From NCBI GenBank assembly GCA_964016885.1, contig OZ024743.1:33604001-33668000 (forward strand): DNA of 64,000 nucleotides. Direction: 5' to 3'. This DNA is from Eledone cirrhosa. Taxonomy: Eukaryota. Positions 27,423-40,181 of the stretch are shown piece by piece. The translations under genes were made by a program, and so were the position numbers. Within the stretch, counting starts at the first letter, position 1. Every line of letters starts with the position of its first letter. Under the pieces are notes generated by a model. It did not search any database and had not been told where the DNA came from. It saw only the letters and a program-made list of their open reading frames with translations.

Positions 27423-28476
27423 AACTGTGTTTGTGGATGGAATGCAAATATTTACTAAACATATATTTATCCTCATTGTACAAATATATCCTGTGGTTAA
27501 ACTAGAGGACTTTCTGTAAAATCAATTGAAGGACAACTCAACTAGTTTTATTTAGTCATTACCAGCTCTTCAGAAGTGTTTATTTCTTCTGTTTATTATA
27601 GAGAGACAGTATCTTACAACTACTTATGAAAAATGCACTGTGAACAGCATGCATTGCCTTTTCACATTTCTATATCAATGCATTGGTTGATGATATGTAT
27701 TCATCAGTATTACAAGCATGTCACCAGTTTCTGAAGCTTTTTGTTCTTTGTTTGACTACACATCTGCTCTGAAAGATATAAAACAGTATCTATGTCTACA
27801 TCACTCACTGTGTCTATTTTAATACAGACATCTTTAAATCGTTTAGGATACAGCTATATTCTATAGAATTTGTTTAAAATGTTCTACAATGTAAATAACC
27901 AGTTTGACATTTTCTAAGCTTGGTTTCTTTTTCTTCAAATTCTGCATGAATATTGATTTTTTTTTTTTTTGCAACAATGTATCTATAAAATATTTTTAAA
28001 TTAAAAACATTCTGCAATGTTACACTTTATATTTTAACTGGTTTCATTTTTTTCCCAATAATATTCCTTTATCTGTATCAGTCATAGCATTACGTCAACT
28101 GAAGTGATTAATAAGATAAGATCAATAATTAGTAGTCTTGCACTGCTCTAAGTTTTCAGCTATTTTACCATTGGAGACATTGCTGCTACAGTTGCCTCCC
28201 TCTAAACACTTGACATAGATAAATGCAGTTTATTAAGAGATGCTTGGATGTTAGTACTTTTCATTTTTTAATGTATGGTAGTCAACATCTTTCAATATCA
28301 CCAGCAATAGTTACACTGTGTCCCTATCCTAAACAAAATGGTTAATTACTTCACTGAAGAGCATTTGAATATTTTATAGTTTCTTGCTTGGAACATTCCT
28401 ACGCTCTTCTATTAAACTTTATAAACGACTGTATTTTTTAGTGTGCAAGACATACTTTTAAAAAATCAATATTCAA

Positions 28477-28528
<52 letters not shown>

Positions 28529-29318
28529 ATTAAATTCATACACAGGTAGATTTTGACAATGAATTTTGTGTAAAAAAAATATATATCTTATAGGCTGAAA
28601 TATACAGTATGTGTTAGCAAGGCTTTGAAAACTATAAAACTGCACCATGACTATATTGCATTAACATTAAGAATTAAAGTCTTTACTCTAATACTGAAAA
28701 TTTTCACAACAATCTGTTCACTAGTTAAGATAATCTAAACATTTGAATTAACAAACCTACTTGTAGATATTTTTTGCTGAATCATTACAGCATATTAATA
28801 GTTAATACAGTGAAAATACATCTTTCCATGTTTCTTTAGTAGTTCTATACATGTCAGAAAAGCAAAATTCCTTTTCATATGAGATGCTTTTTACTGGTTT
28901 CAGTGATTAGGCTGCAGCCGTGCTGGGACACTGCTTGGTAGGGATTTGGTTGATCATATTCACCTTTTTATATCTTGTAATCATTTCATAATTGTCTTTT
29001 TATTGAACAGCTAATTTACAAGCCAAAGACACACAGACACACACACAGACACATAGACAGACAGACACAGACAGACACAGAGACGGGCACAGACAAATTT
29101 CTGTTTATTTGGCACTAGGGCACAAAAGAAACGGACATGTACATGGGTGGGGGGAGTTTACATAAAAATCGAGTAAGAAAAATGTAATAAGTAAAATTTT
29201 AACAAGAAGGTCCTCAATAGGGAGGGATCGTTTTGGGGTCACACACACCCCTGAAAAAAATGTGCGACCCTTCTCCATGGGAGCACAAAGAGAGGGTGCT
29301 CCCTTCTTCCTTTTCCAC

Positions 29319-29846
29319 CTACAGGCTGAGGTAGAGAGAAGGCCCATTCACACGGGCCATTCTCACAACTTTCACCCACCTTTCATAAAACTGGCTGGAG
29401 TGGAGCACCTCTCTCTCGATCCTGATCCTTCTTCCGAAATGGTATCGGAAGAAAAGGACCAGTTGTTGGCCGGAGAGAAAGGTGTCCGACCTCAGCCCTT
29501 TCAGACGCGTCCACCATATAACCTCTTTTACCATGGCTATTACACAGAGGAAGACCGCCTCTCCTTCATTTTTGAAGGGGGGAGGCGGCTTGATCGTTAC
29601 AATGGACTCGGTGGTCAACCTAATTGGTCCCACCCATGACAGCAGTTGTTCGACATAGCCCCACAGATCGGCAACGCCCGGGCAGTGCACCAATGCGTGC
29701 GCGACGGTTTCCTCGTCGCGCAAGCATCTGGGACAGATCTTTTTCGAGGGGTCCCTACCCGGGCGCTCGTATCTGTAGAGCTTATCCCGAACGGGCAGAG
29801 CCCCTCGGTAGCACTGCCAGGCCAAGGACTTCTGGAAGTTGTCCAT
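29319..29846 (-). pseudogene. Tx1-like ORF2 C-terminal segment with zf-RVT-type zinc finger
   Basis: LAWQCYRGALPV...CPRCLRDEETVAHALVHC; out of frame with the RT segment. Confidence 0.85.
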
Positions 29847-29894
29847 AGGTCCCGGGCCGAAAGTCCTACCGAATAGACTGGCCAGTTCGTCCTC

Positions 29895-31139
29895 CTACAT
29901 GCCTAGGCTTTCTCCGAGGGGGTCGTCGCACTTGCTAACCACCAGCCCTCTATAGAATGACGAGGTAGAGTCTCCATCGATAGCCGGGTCCGCCTGCCAG
30001 AGAGCCGTGAGCGCCTGGGCACACTCGGTGTGCCAGTCGCCCAGTTTTCTCGGTCTTTGCTTCACCCAGGACTGCAGCACGGTGAGCGAGATGAGCCTCG
30101 GGAAGGCTCGCCTCACAAACGGGGCCCACACCGGTTGACCGGTGAGGAATACCTGGAGGTGCCTTAGCCTTAATGCGTGTTTACGCATTTTTAGCCACGG
30201 CATCCCCAGCCCTCCTTTCAAAGGGTGTTGACAGCAGATGGATCTCCTCACCAGAGGAGACCTCTTCTTCCAAAGGAAATAAAAGAGGGCGCGCTCCATT
30301 TTGGCGAGGATCTCACTCAGGCAAGGCACGACAGTCAAGTGGTAATAGATGATGGACGCTATGTAAGCGTTCGCCACCTCCGCCCGACCTTTCAGGGATA
30401 GTTTGCACTCAGCCCACTTCTGGGTCAGTGCAAACACCCTATTCGTCACCTCACCCCAGTTTTTCTCCACCTGGAGGTCTGGTCCAAACCAGACCCCAAG
30501 CAACTTCACCGGGCCCTCCGTCCACCGTCCGACGATACCGTCGGACGACATCGCTTTGCCCCTCCACTCGCCGAGTTGCAAAGCGACTGACTTGTCCCGG
30601 TTCAGCTTAGCCCCTGTCAACCTTTCGTACTCCTCCAGTAAGGTGCCGATTGCCTCGATTTCCGCGGTGGTCGACACCATAACTGTTACATCATCGGCAT
30701 AGGCCGACACCGCTTTGCGCAATCCCGGTTCCAAAGGGATGCCCTGCAACAACTCCAACTTCCGCAGTAGTGGCTCGAGAGCCAATACATACAGAAGGGA
30801 GGAGAGAGGGCACCCCTGTCGGATGGAGTGGGTGATTTCGAACGGCTCCGAGAGGTAGCCGTTCACCTTGACTCTAGAGCTGATGCGGCTGCTGTGCATG
30901 GCAGTGATCCAGCCCCTGAAAACGGGTCTGAACCCAGCCGCCGCTAGCACTGCATCCAGGTAACCATGGTCCACCCTATCGAACGCTTTAGACTGATCTA
31001 AATTTATCAGGGCCCCACCAAAGCCGGGTTCGTTCCCAACCCTCTCTATGATGTATCGCATGAGGTGGAGGTTGTCGTGGATGGACCTGGACGGGATAGC
31101 GCATGTCTGCGCATCTCCCACCAGGCCCCCCCACGACAA
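29895..31139 (-). pseudogene. Tx1-like ORF2 reverse transcriptase segment
   Basis: LDQSKAFDRVDH, IRQGCPLS, AYADD, VKLLGVWF, GGLGMP motifs. Confidence 0.92.
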
Positions 31140-32673
31140 GCGCCAACCTCTTCGCTAACACCTTGGCCAAAATCTTTAACTCTGCATTTAGCAGAGTTAT
31201 GGGCCTAAAATTACTAATGTCATCCCCCTTGTTCTCGTCCTTCCTCACTAGCGAGACTACGCCCTTGGTCACAGAACAGGGAATTCTCCCGTTCTGTTGC
31301 CAGTTGCAGTAGACCGCCTCGAGGAGATCGGGGAACAAGTCCGGCATATTAATATATAGTTCGTAGGGCAGACCATCGAGCCCTGGAGATTTGCGTTTTC
31401 CGCATAGGCTCAGCACGTCCCCTATTTCAGCAGCTGAGATCGGCCCGTAGCAGGACCTCGCCTCCTTGTCCAAAAGACGCGGCAGGCCGTCGAGGTATGG
31501 ACTGAAATCCACATCTCCAACCGGCCCCCCCCCCCGTCCATCCTGGTCTCGCAAAGACCGGATAGTGGATTTAATCCCACTTTTTGCTTCTGTCACGCGG
31601 GCCCAGCTAACAGCTTTGGTCCCCTCATTTCCCAGAGCACGTATTTTGCTTCGGACAACGCAGCCTTCGTGTTTCGCAACGAAGAACTGGTTCAAGGCCG
31701 TTCTCGACGCTTGTACTCTGGCCATGTTGCCGCTTCTCATTGCCTCTTCAACATTAACTACCAACTCCCTTTCCTTCCTATTTCTATCTGAGGCTAACTC
31801 CTTACTAACTCCTATTGAAACTACTCTAATTTCTCTATTTAGAGAGCCCCACCACCTGCTGTTGACGATGGCGCCCGTCAACCGCTCCTTAACTAAGGTT
31901 CTCATCTGGTCCCTGTAAGCTCTACTTGCCGGTAAGGACAAGTTGAGCTTCCAGTAACCGGGTCCCTGCCTATGCATTCTATCAAGGTGGACTACGCAGG
32001 TCACTAACTTGTGGTCTGAATAGCCCACCATGAGCATTTCTGGACAACTTAAAAAGTCCCTATCCTTAATTCTAACTAAGAACCTATCTAGGTACGATCT
32101 AGATTGACCACTGTTATTTGACCAAGTCCAGGTTGGCAAAGTCGAAAAACCTAGTCGGTATCTATCGGCCAGGTCAAATCGGCCGATTAACCCCTTGAGG
32201 CTGTTACACCCCCCTACATAGTCCCAACGTGCATCTAGGATACCATTCCAGTCCCCCACTAAAAGCAAGGAGCGGGACGTCCCTAGAAAAGTCTCCAGAC
32301 GATGGAAGAAGTCTGACCGCATTGCCCCAAAAGGGGCGTATACGGCGACAAGCCTAAAAGCTTTGCCTTCACCATTGCCAAGGTCCAGAACCACGAGTCG
32401 ACCCTCCGGGTCCAAGTGTACCATCTGTGTAGCGAGACCCAGATGTTTTTGCAGCAGAACGACAACCCCATCCCCACCTCCGGGCTGACAGAGAGATGCG
32501 TGCATCTCAAAGTCATCAAAGGTGGGGGCTAGCTGTCGCACGCTGCTGATCCGGGCCTCGCAAATAACCATCACATTTATACATTGTGACCTGAGGTCAT
32601 TTAGAAGTTCAGCTTGCTTCCAAGGTGAGCCCAGGCCATGCGCATTTAGACAACCTACTCTTAACACAGCCAT
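30988..32673 (-). pseudogene. Tx1-like ORF2 N-terminal segment: APE endonuclease, linker and RT start; true frame ends at a frameshift near 31130
   Basis: CLNAHGL, VYAP, VGDWNGILD, SYLDRFL, YSDHKLV, GPGYWKLN, KSPGLDGLPYELY, NFRPITLLN. Confidence 0.92.
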
Positions 32674-32696
32674 GTTGGTGGCAAAGAAAGAGGCAT

Positions 32697-33044
32697 TTAC
32701 CTCTCTGCGTCCCGGGGTCCGGGCTGCTCAGTTTCCATGGGGCTGGTGGAGGGCTTGTTGGGTGGGGTGGTGGTTTGTGGTGGTGTGGGGGTATTAGTGT
32801 GTGGAGGGGTTGGGGTGTTTGGAGTTGTGTGGGTGTTTGAGGAGGGGAGGGGAAAACCTTTCAGGAGGACGCGGTTGAGTGACCTGGTGCAGGGTGGCCC
32901 CACGTCCTCAGGGTAAATGTTTTTCAAAGTTTTGAAAATGTCAAGTGGGACTTTCACCATTTTCAGGTTAGGGAGTCCCATTGCCGTTGCAAAATTCGGC
33001 TGTTTTCTATTTTGTCTGTTAGGTTTTTATTGTTTTTATTTATG
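32697..33044 (-). pseudogene. Probable C-terminal remnant of Tx1 ORF1 (Pro/Thr-rich)
   Basis: ORF 32697-32981 stops just upstream of the ORF2 ATG at 32673; composition matches the ORF1 part beyond the RTE insertion. Confidence 0.55.
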
Positions 33045-34127
33045 TATAGTGAAGAGTTTAGCGTAAAAGTTGGCGTCCATCAGGGCTCTGTTCTCAGCCC
33101 CCTACTATTTATTATTGCCCTTCAGGCTATAACAGAGGAGTTCAAGACTGGCTGCCCATGGGAACTCCTATACGCAGACGACCTGACACTCATAGCTGAA
33201 TCAATGGCCGAGCTAGAGAAGAAATTTCAAACATGGAAGCACGGCCTAGAATCAAAAGGCCTTAAAATTAACCTGGCTAAGACTAAAGTTCTAGTTTGTA
33301 GGAAAGAAAATAAGGTGGTGGTCCCTTCCGGGAAATGGCCATGCTCAGTGTGTAGGAAAGGCGTAGGTAGAAACTCCATTTTATGTCCCAAATGCAAAGT
33401 ATGGGTGCATAAAAGATGTAGTGGGATCACAGGTAAGCTAACTAAGAACTTAGATTTTACATGTGGGCTGTGCTCTGGTGCAATAAGTAGCAGCGAGTGC
33501 CCACAAAATACTAACTCTTTCAATTGCGCAGAGGGCTCTATAGAAATAGTGGACAGCTTCCGTTACCTGGGTGACAAAATCAGCAGTGGGGGAGGGTGCT
33601 CCGAAAGTACAGTAGCTAGAGTCAGAACTGGATGGAAAAAGTTCAGAGAGCTTATACCACTATTAGCCGCTAAAGGGTTCTCCCTAAAAATGAAAGGCAG
33701 GTTGTATGATGCCTGCATACGAACAGCTATGTTGCATGGCAGTGAGACCTGGTCATTGTGCGCAGAGGATATACGCAGACTAGAGAGGAACGAAGCTTGC
33801 ATGCTCCGCTGGATGTGTAATAGTAATATACGTGAACAGCAAAGCATAAACGAACTAAGGAAAAAATTAGAAATAAGAGGGATCAGATGTTGTTTACTCG
33901 AGAGAAGGCTACGTTGGTACGGACACGTGATGCGCATGAAAGTCGATAGCTGTATAACAAAGTGCAGGGCAATAAAGATAGACGGTAGCCACGGAATAGG
34001 CAGACCTAGAAAAACCTGGGACGAGCTGATAAACTCCGACCTCACACACTTACACCTCTCCAAGACAATGTCACTGGACCGAGACCTTTGGCGGTACTCA
34101 GTAATAGAGAAGACCCGCCTTACCTAA
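33045..34127 (+). CDS. RTE reverse transcriptase C-terminal part with internal PHD-type finger (5'-truncated, open)
   Basis: VHQGSVLSPLLF, LYADDL, FRYLG, LHGSETW, RRLRWYGHV, GRPRKTW. Confidence 0.85.
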   Translation, partial: YSEEFSVKVGVHQGSVLSPLLFIIALQAITEEFKTGCPWELLYADDLTLIAESMAELEKKFQTWKHGLESKGLKINLAKTKVLVCRKENKVVVPSGKWPCSVCRKGVGRNSILCPKCKVWVHKRCSGITGKLTKNLDFTCGLCSGAISSSECPQNTNSFNCAEGSIEIVDSFRYLGDKISSGGGCSESTVARVRTGWKKFRELIPLLAAKGFSLKMKGRLYDACIRTAMLHGSETWSLCAEDIRRLERNEACMLRWMCNSNIREQQSINELRKKLEIRGIRCCLLERRLRWYGHVMRMKVDSCITKCRAIKIDGSHGIGRPRKTWDELINSDLTHLHLSKTMSLDRDLWRYSVIEKTRLT

Positions 34128-34520
34128 ATACATAGTAAAACCTACTACAGCCAGTAGGCATCTCTAACAAAATACACCCCCGTCCCACAACCCCCACCCC
34201 ATCCACACCACCCCCTCCTATGTAAAGTTATGTTGGTGCCACAACATCCAGGCCGAAACAAATGAGATCGTGTAGGTGTCACGACAAAAACACACACAGT
34301 CCACGCTGTAATGTGGCCGTGTAGGCAACACGGTAAAAACCTCCCAGTCCCCACACTGTAAATGTGGTTGGTGTTAGGAAGGGCATCCAACTGTAGAAAA
34401 CCTGCCAGACAGTCCTATGCGAGCAAGACAATCACTCTTGCCTCAAGTGGGAATACCCCCGTCCAAACCCATGCAAGCGTGGAACATGGATGTTAAACGT
34501 TGATGATGATGATGATGATG
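33045..34520 (+). mobile_element. 5'-truncated RTE-clade LINE (copy 1) nested in Tx1 ORF1
   Basis: RT C-terminal half, 3' UTR and (GAT)n tail; matches copies at 44530 and 52252. Confidence 0.93.
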
Positions 34521-34726
34521 TGTAGAGTTTTTGTGTTGTTGTGTTTGTTTTGGCTTGTTGTTCTTGAGTGAGTTTGCGTTTTGTTGTCTGTGTTGTCAGG
34601 TGGGTTTATTTTTTTTTGTGTGGTGTGTGTACGTTTTTTTCTTTTCACTTTTTGGAAGGGAGCCCCCTCGTCTTCCGACGATATGGGTTCCTCTTCCGTA
34701 TTGGAGGAGAGGGGTATATTTCCGGA

Positions 34727-35902
34727 TTATGTATGAACTGCGTGTGTTTTTGTATTTGTGTTCTGTGGGGAGGGGCTGGGTGGGACCGTGATTTGTGTTG
34801 TTTTCTTGAGCTGTAGTTGATGTGGTGGTGGTAGTGGTGGTGGTGGAGGTGGTGTTGTTGGTTTTTGTTGTCGTGGTGGTGATGGTAGTGTATTTTGTTG
34901 TTTTTGTGGTGGTGGTGCTGGTTGTTTTTGTTGTTGTGGTGTTTGTAGCAGTGGTTTTTTTGTTGTTAGTAGAGGGCAGGCCGTCCTCAGGTGACCTCTG
35001 CCAGCGCAGTGGTAACATGAGGGTCTCCTGCCTTCCACCATAATATTGATAAAGGTTCGCCCATCCAGTAGGACTCGGTCGGGTATTCCGGCGATTCTCT
35101 CAGGTGTCATCTGTAAGAGAACCTCCAGACTTTTCCCCCCGAACAGTCCACTGGTGGACTCCCCTGCTGATATAAGGATGTCCTTTTCTAGGTCCGTAAA
35201 TCCTGTCAGGACGGACCAGATGTTAACTTCTGGCGTTGGACTCCACATTCTTAGTCACTGAGTTATTCTTCCTTTATACGTGGGGAAGAAGGTGTATTGT
35301 GGTGACACTATAGGTGCCACCGAGCATTTTTGAGCCAGCATTTCGTCCTTCATTCGGACCATAATGCTGGCATACAGCTTTCCTCTTTCAATAAAGAGTA
35401 TGTTTTCTTTAATGTCTTTCAGCACCAGCTCAATTTGACTTTCTGTCAATTGAGCTGGCTTTCTTGTTGTGTTGGATATCGTCCTGAAGGTTATGGTATT
35501 CCTATATACCTGTTGGCGAACTTCTTCTGGGGAGTTGATTGTAAAAGAACCATCCTCCCCAAAAGATATGTATTTTCTGGCATTTAGCAAGTTCTGCTTA
35601 GCGTTTGCGATGTCTATTGGCTTGTACTCGATAGCTTTCCTGACCGTTTGGGCAAAAGAAATTTTGTTGTCTTTGTTGCTTGTTGTTGCAATGTTGTTGG
35701 TTTCATCTTTTGTGGTGTTTATTTTCTTGTTATTTTTTTCTTCAAAATTTAGGTTTTCATTCGAATTAATATTCTTTTTTTCATTTGAGAGGAGGGGCTG
35801 TTCAACAGTTTGAATTGTTGTTCCCTCTTTCTCGCTTTTTTTGGTAGGCTTTCCAATATGGCTTTTTTTGGTAGGCTTCCAATATGGCTTCCTCGTTTTC
35901 AA
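34727..35902 (-). pseudogene. Tx1-like ORF1 (gag-like), frameshifted near 35250
   Basis: ORFs 35255-35902 and 34727-35248 abut; CYHCAGRGHLRTAC zinc knuckle; lies upstream of ORF2. Confidence 0.8.
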
Positions 35903-36129
35903 CGATATCGTTTTCCACGATATCGATGAACATTTTGAATTAAATATTTTTCACCCCAAAAGGGGTGAAAATATATTTACCCTACGTCTACAGTCCCAGA
36001 CTAGGGGTTAGAGTCAATAATAGAAAAACAATTTAAATAATACACTCACAAATAATCCAAGTAAAGATTCCAAATCGAAGAGCCGATGTGCAAGACGTCT
36101 ACTATCAAAGACAGACAGACAGACAGACA

Positions 36130-36255
36130 ACGAGCTCTGGAACAGTTTTTGTCAACCAAATTTCACTCACATGGTACTGGACAATCTCACACAGTGAGAC
36201 AACCTCAACACCACGTGACTATGAAGTAAACTCCATAGCCACTCAGCCATGCCTG
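36130..36255 (-). mobile_element. Head of an S3 SINE whose 3' part lies at about 28870-29095
   Basis: Minus strand CAGGCATGGCTGAGTGG tRNA-like head; similar to 53330-53472. Confidence 0.55.
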
Positions 36256-37188
36256 AATCTATATATTCTAAAAATAACCAGAAATAAGGGATTGGCTGCT
36301 TTAAAAGAAAACCAATAAGTTGTTATTGAATCATTGTTTTGTTTGCTCTGGTTATTTACCTTAAACAATATGAACACCTCTGATAATATCTTTGCCTTTT
36401 TTTTAAATTGTGTTTCTATCTGCTATCTTTTTGAAAAGATATTCTTGAGAAACTGTCAAAAGAAATTTAATATTAGAACAACCGTAGTTTTTTTTTTTCA
36501 ATGTAGTTGTTTTTTTTTCAAGTCTATGAAAAGATTATCAAATTACAGGGCTCTGTTATTTATTGTTATTTCTTTGACTCATTCACACGAAATTATAAAT
36601 ACAAACGAAAAACTACATAGGAAATTCTCAAGATTGTTTCTTGAGTCGTGACTTTGTTCAATATTGTTGGCTTCACTAATCTTTCCTCTGTTTCCTTACA
36701 TAAAATAGCTTGTCACAACTTTACTTTCAATATCATGGTTCATTATTCTTACTTTGTAAACTCTTAGCCTCATTCTCTCATGATCACATCCTGTGTCTTT
36801 TTCACAATGTACTTTGCCTAATTGCATTTACATGCAGCATGATACATTAAATATTAAAACTCTTGAGAAAAAAAAAGTACATATCTAAATATAATATCAA
36901 ATGTCTCAAGTATGGTGGATAGGAAGAATTGCTAGCATCAGATAAAATGCCTTGCAGTATTTATTTATGATTCTTTACATTCTGAGTTCAAATCCTGCTA
37001 TGGTCAACTTTGCATTTCATCCTTCCAGGGTCAATATAAAAAAATACCAGTCAAATACCAGTCCTGGCCTTGTGCATAGATTAAAAAATAATTATATCAC
37101 ATATAATTTGGTTGGATTTACTAAAATTATTTATTATTTCACTATTAAGTTAATATTTGTAAGATGACTTCACAAAAAGGTTAATATA

Positions 37189-37411
37189 TTAACCCTTTAG
37201 CATTCACACTACTCTATGTTTACTATCGTATTTTAGCAGTAAAGTCTTTATCTCACATAATTATTTCATATAATATTGAATCTATGAGATTTTGATGTTA
37301 TCTATTTTGAGAATAATACCATAGCATCAGAATGAGGTTACAGCCGGTTTGAACAGAAAGAGGTGAGAGAATTCTGGCCGAATACAGCCGGTTTAGATGC
37401 TAAAGAGTTAA
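37189..37411 (-). mobile_element. piggyBac-like MITE family A
   Basis: TTAACCCTTTAGCATT...GATGCTAAAGAGTTAA. Confidence 0.82.
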
Positions 37412-37509
37412 ATTATTTTGGAAGATTTTAATTCATGTAGAAACCTTTTAAAATGAATTGTTTTGTTTCTTTCATGTAACGCTGTCCTTGAAAATATTTG
37501 AAGTAATCA

Positions 37510-37726
37510 TTAACACTTTTGAAACAAACCCACCCAAAACTGCCTCTGGTTCTATGAAACAGAATCTCCCATTTTAAAACATGTCAATTTGAATTTATAC
37601 TTTAGAATATAATTTGATACAAGAACCATTTGTTATGTTGCAAATATCAACTTAATTAATCCCTCCTATTCTATATTAATTCAAATCAGCTATATTTCAG
37701 TAGAAATATGGTAATGAAAGGGTTAA
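37510..37726 (-). mobile_element. piggyBac-like MITE family B
   Basis: TTAACACTTTTGAAAC...GAAAGGGTTAA. Confidence 0.68.
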
Positions 37727-39929
37727 TCCTCAGTATTAGAAACAAGATTTCTCCCGACAACTCTTACATACAAATTAGTTTGGCACATTATCAGAATATA
37801 TTATTTTGATTTAAAAAAAATTCTTATACTAGTTTTCTTCCTTAGACTGCAGCTGTGCTGGCATATCACCTTAAAGGGATTTAATCAATGTTATCGACCA
37901 CAGTACTTATGTTTTTCATGTCTGATAGTTGTTTTATATATATTATTTTGTTGAACATAAAGACAGACACGCATGCGCGCACACACATGTATACTCATAC
38001 CAACACAAATGAACATAATGATAGTCAATTACTAAAAGATTAGGTAAAGTACCCCTGGAGATAGAAAAAAAGAAGACAGAGGTTCCTGTGATTAATCAAA
38101 CCTTGCATATCTCAGATATCATGTGAGTGCGTTAACAACTACTCTAAAGAGTTACTGGCCACCAATTCCCTTTTTATAGAAGATTTTAATCTAGAAGTGT
38201 AAATAATTAGTTGACTCTAAAATCATTGTGAAAATTTGATATGTACTTGTTTCAAATGATTATGATGGTAGTCAGTCACTAGTTGATAGTTGAGAAAATC
38301 AGATATAGTATAATTGGAGATGGAAAAACAGTGAGCAGGGGTGTCTGTGAGACTATTCATCTTTATATAAATATACAGGGTGAGGCAAAAGTTGGGCACA
38401 TTAGGGGTTAATTTATTAATCATATTTGAAATGTTCATGTTGTTTACTCAATGTAATTGATCAATATAACATCTATCATTATCTTATCAAGTGTGTGATG
38501 CTTCTAATAAATTATCCCTATGGTGCATGACTTTTACCACACCCTGTATACACAATGAGCATCTGCAATGTCACTCTACCAAACTTCAATCACAAAGCTT
38601 TAATCAACCCAAACTATAGTTGGAGACAGTTGGCCAAGGTGCCAAGCATTGAGACTGAACTCCATCTCTCTTTCGTTTTAACAGATTACCTTCTTCCTAC
38701 CCAATGTTGCGTGACCCTAGAAATACTTGGTTTTTTATTTTTTATGAATGGGGTGGTGGAGTGATATAAAATGTCTCTATAAATACTTTCTCTCATAAGC
38801 TTAGCATTTTGTTTAATTTTAAAGATATCTAATTCTTTGTACTTTCTATAGCTGAAATATTAACTGGTTTTTATCTCTCTCCAGATTTAATCTCCACTAT
38901 AGTTGAGTTTCATTCTTTCTGTCCATGTTGTTTTATAGTATATATTTTTCTACTCTGACAATGCTATCATAGATTTCTTTTATCACCAGTGCTTTCCTAA
39001 TCTCTATTTTTTTTTTACTGAGTTTTTGATTGATGGATTTGAATCTATAGGTGTATTATTTTGTTTTTATTTTATAGAAGCATTGCTACTTTTAAACTGG
39101 ATTTTTTTTTTTTTTGTCCTTTCAGTTTTTCTTTTCTCTCTGTCCCTTTTTTGTCTTTTTCTTTACTCTTATATGTCTGCCAGTTTTATTTTTGAGAGAA
39201 CACCTTTGCTATATTTGCCCATTAAAAATAAGAATATTATAATTTCTAAGCTGAAATGATTCATAGATTATGAAACATTTTGTTGCCATTTTGTGGCAAC
39301 ATTTTGTTGGCATTTGCATCAATTTATCCCAGATGGCTCATTTACAGTTTACTGTTTATTGTTTAAGTGTGGATTGGTAGAATCATTAGTGCATTGTATG
39401 AAAGACGTTGCTGTATTTTGTCATAATCTTCTACATTCTGTCCAAGTCATTTTTGTCCATCATCCTTCTGAGGTCGATAAACTAAAGTACCAGTCAGATA
39501 CTGGGTCGATATAATGTGACTCTCCCTTCCCACCAAAATGGTCTTGTGCTAAGATAAGAAGTCATTCTTATAAGTGTGATGGGGTGGTGGACTAAATATG
39601 TCTAAATACTTATGTCTCTTTTATGTTGAGTATTTAAATTAAAATAAATCTTGCATTTTTCTCTCTCTAGTATTAAAGTAAATATAGTTATATAGTAGAG
39701 TCAACAATAACAGCAATAAGATTCTAATGTTATTTTCTCTGCTAAAACAGGGGTTTGCCTTCTGGACCCAATGGCAGGCTTAATGCCTCTCTTAGTTTCT
39801 GTTTTGAAGCAATGTTTATTGCTGGATGACCTTCTGAGTGCTTATCTTGTTAGTCACCTCTTAGGACACTTAGAGTTAGGGTGTACTTATTTTACATTGG
39901 ATATACACACCACCTAATGTGTGTGGTGC

Positions 39930-39961
<32 letters not shown>

Positions 39962-40108
39962 TGTAAGGATAGTGCTCATTCATGCACACACTCTCTCTTT
40001 CTCTCACACCCACACAGGCTTATATATATATATAATATATCATCATCATCATTTTACATCTGCCTTTCCCTACTTGCAAGGGTGGGATGGGGCTTATTAA
40101 GCACTTCA

Positions 40109-40181
<73 letters not shown>

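Larger units (their letters stand above)
29096..36109 (-). mobile_element. Tx1/L1-clade non-LTR retrotransposon, near full length, inactivated, interrupted by an RTE LINE
   Basis: 5' UTR, ORF1 with CCHC knuckle, ORF2 APE-RT-zinc finger, AATAAA near 29103-29108 (minus); GACA repeats on both flanks. Confidence 0.9.

Noticed and set aside
33563-34063. Antisense ORF shared by RTE copies (also 52688-53188 and 47175-47459)
   Set aside because: Shared because the copies are nearly identical; no independent coding evidence.
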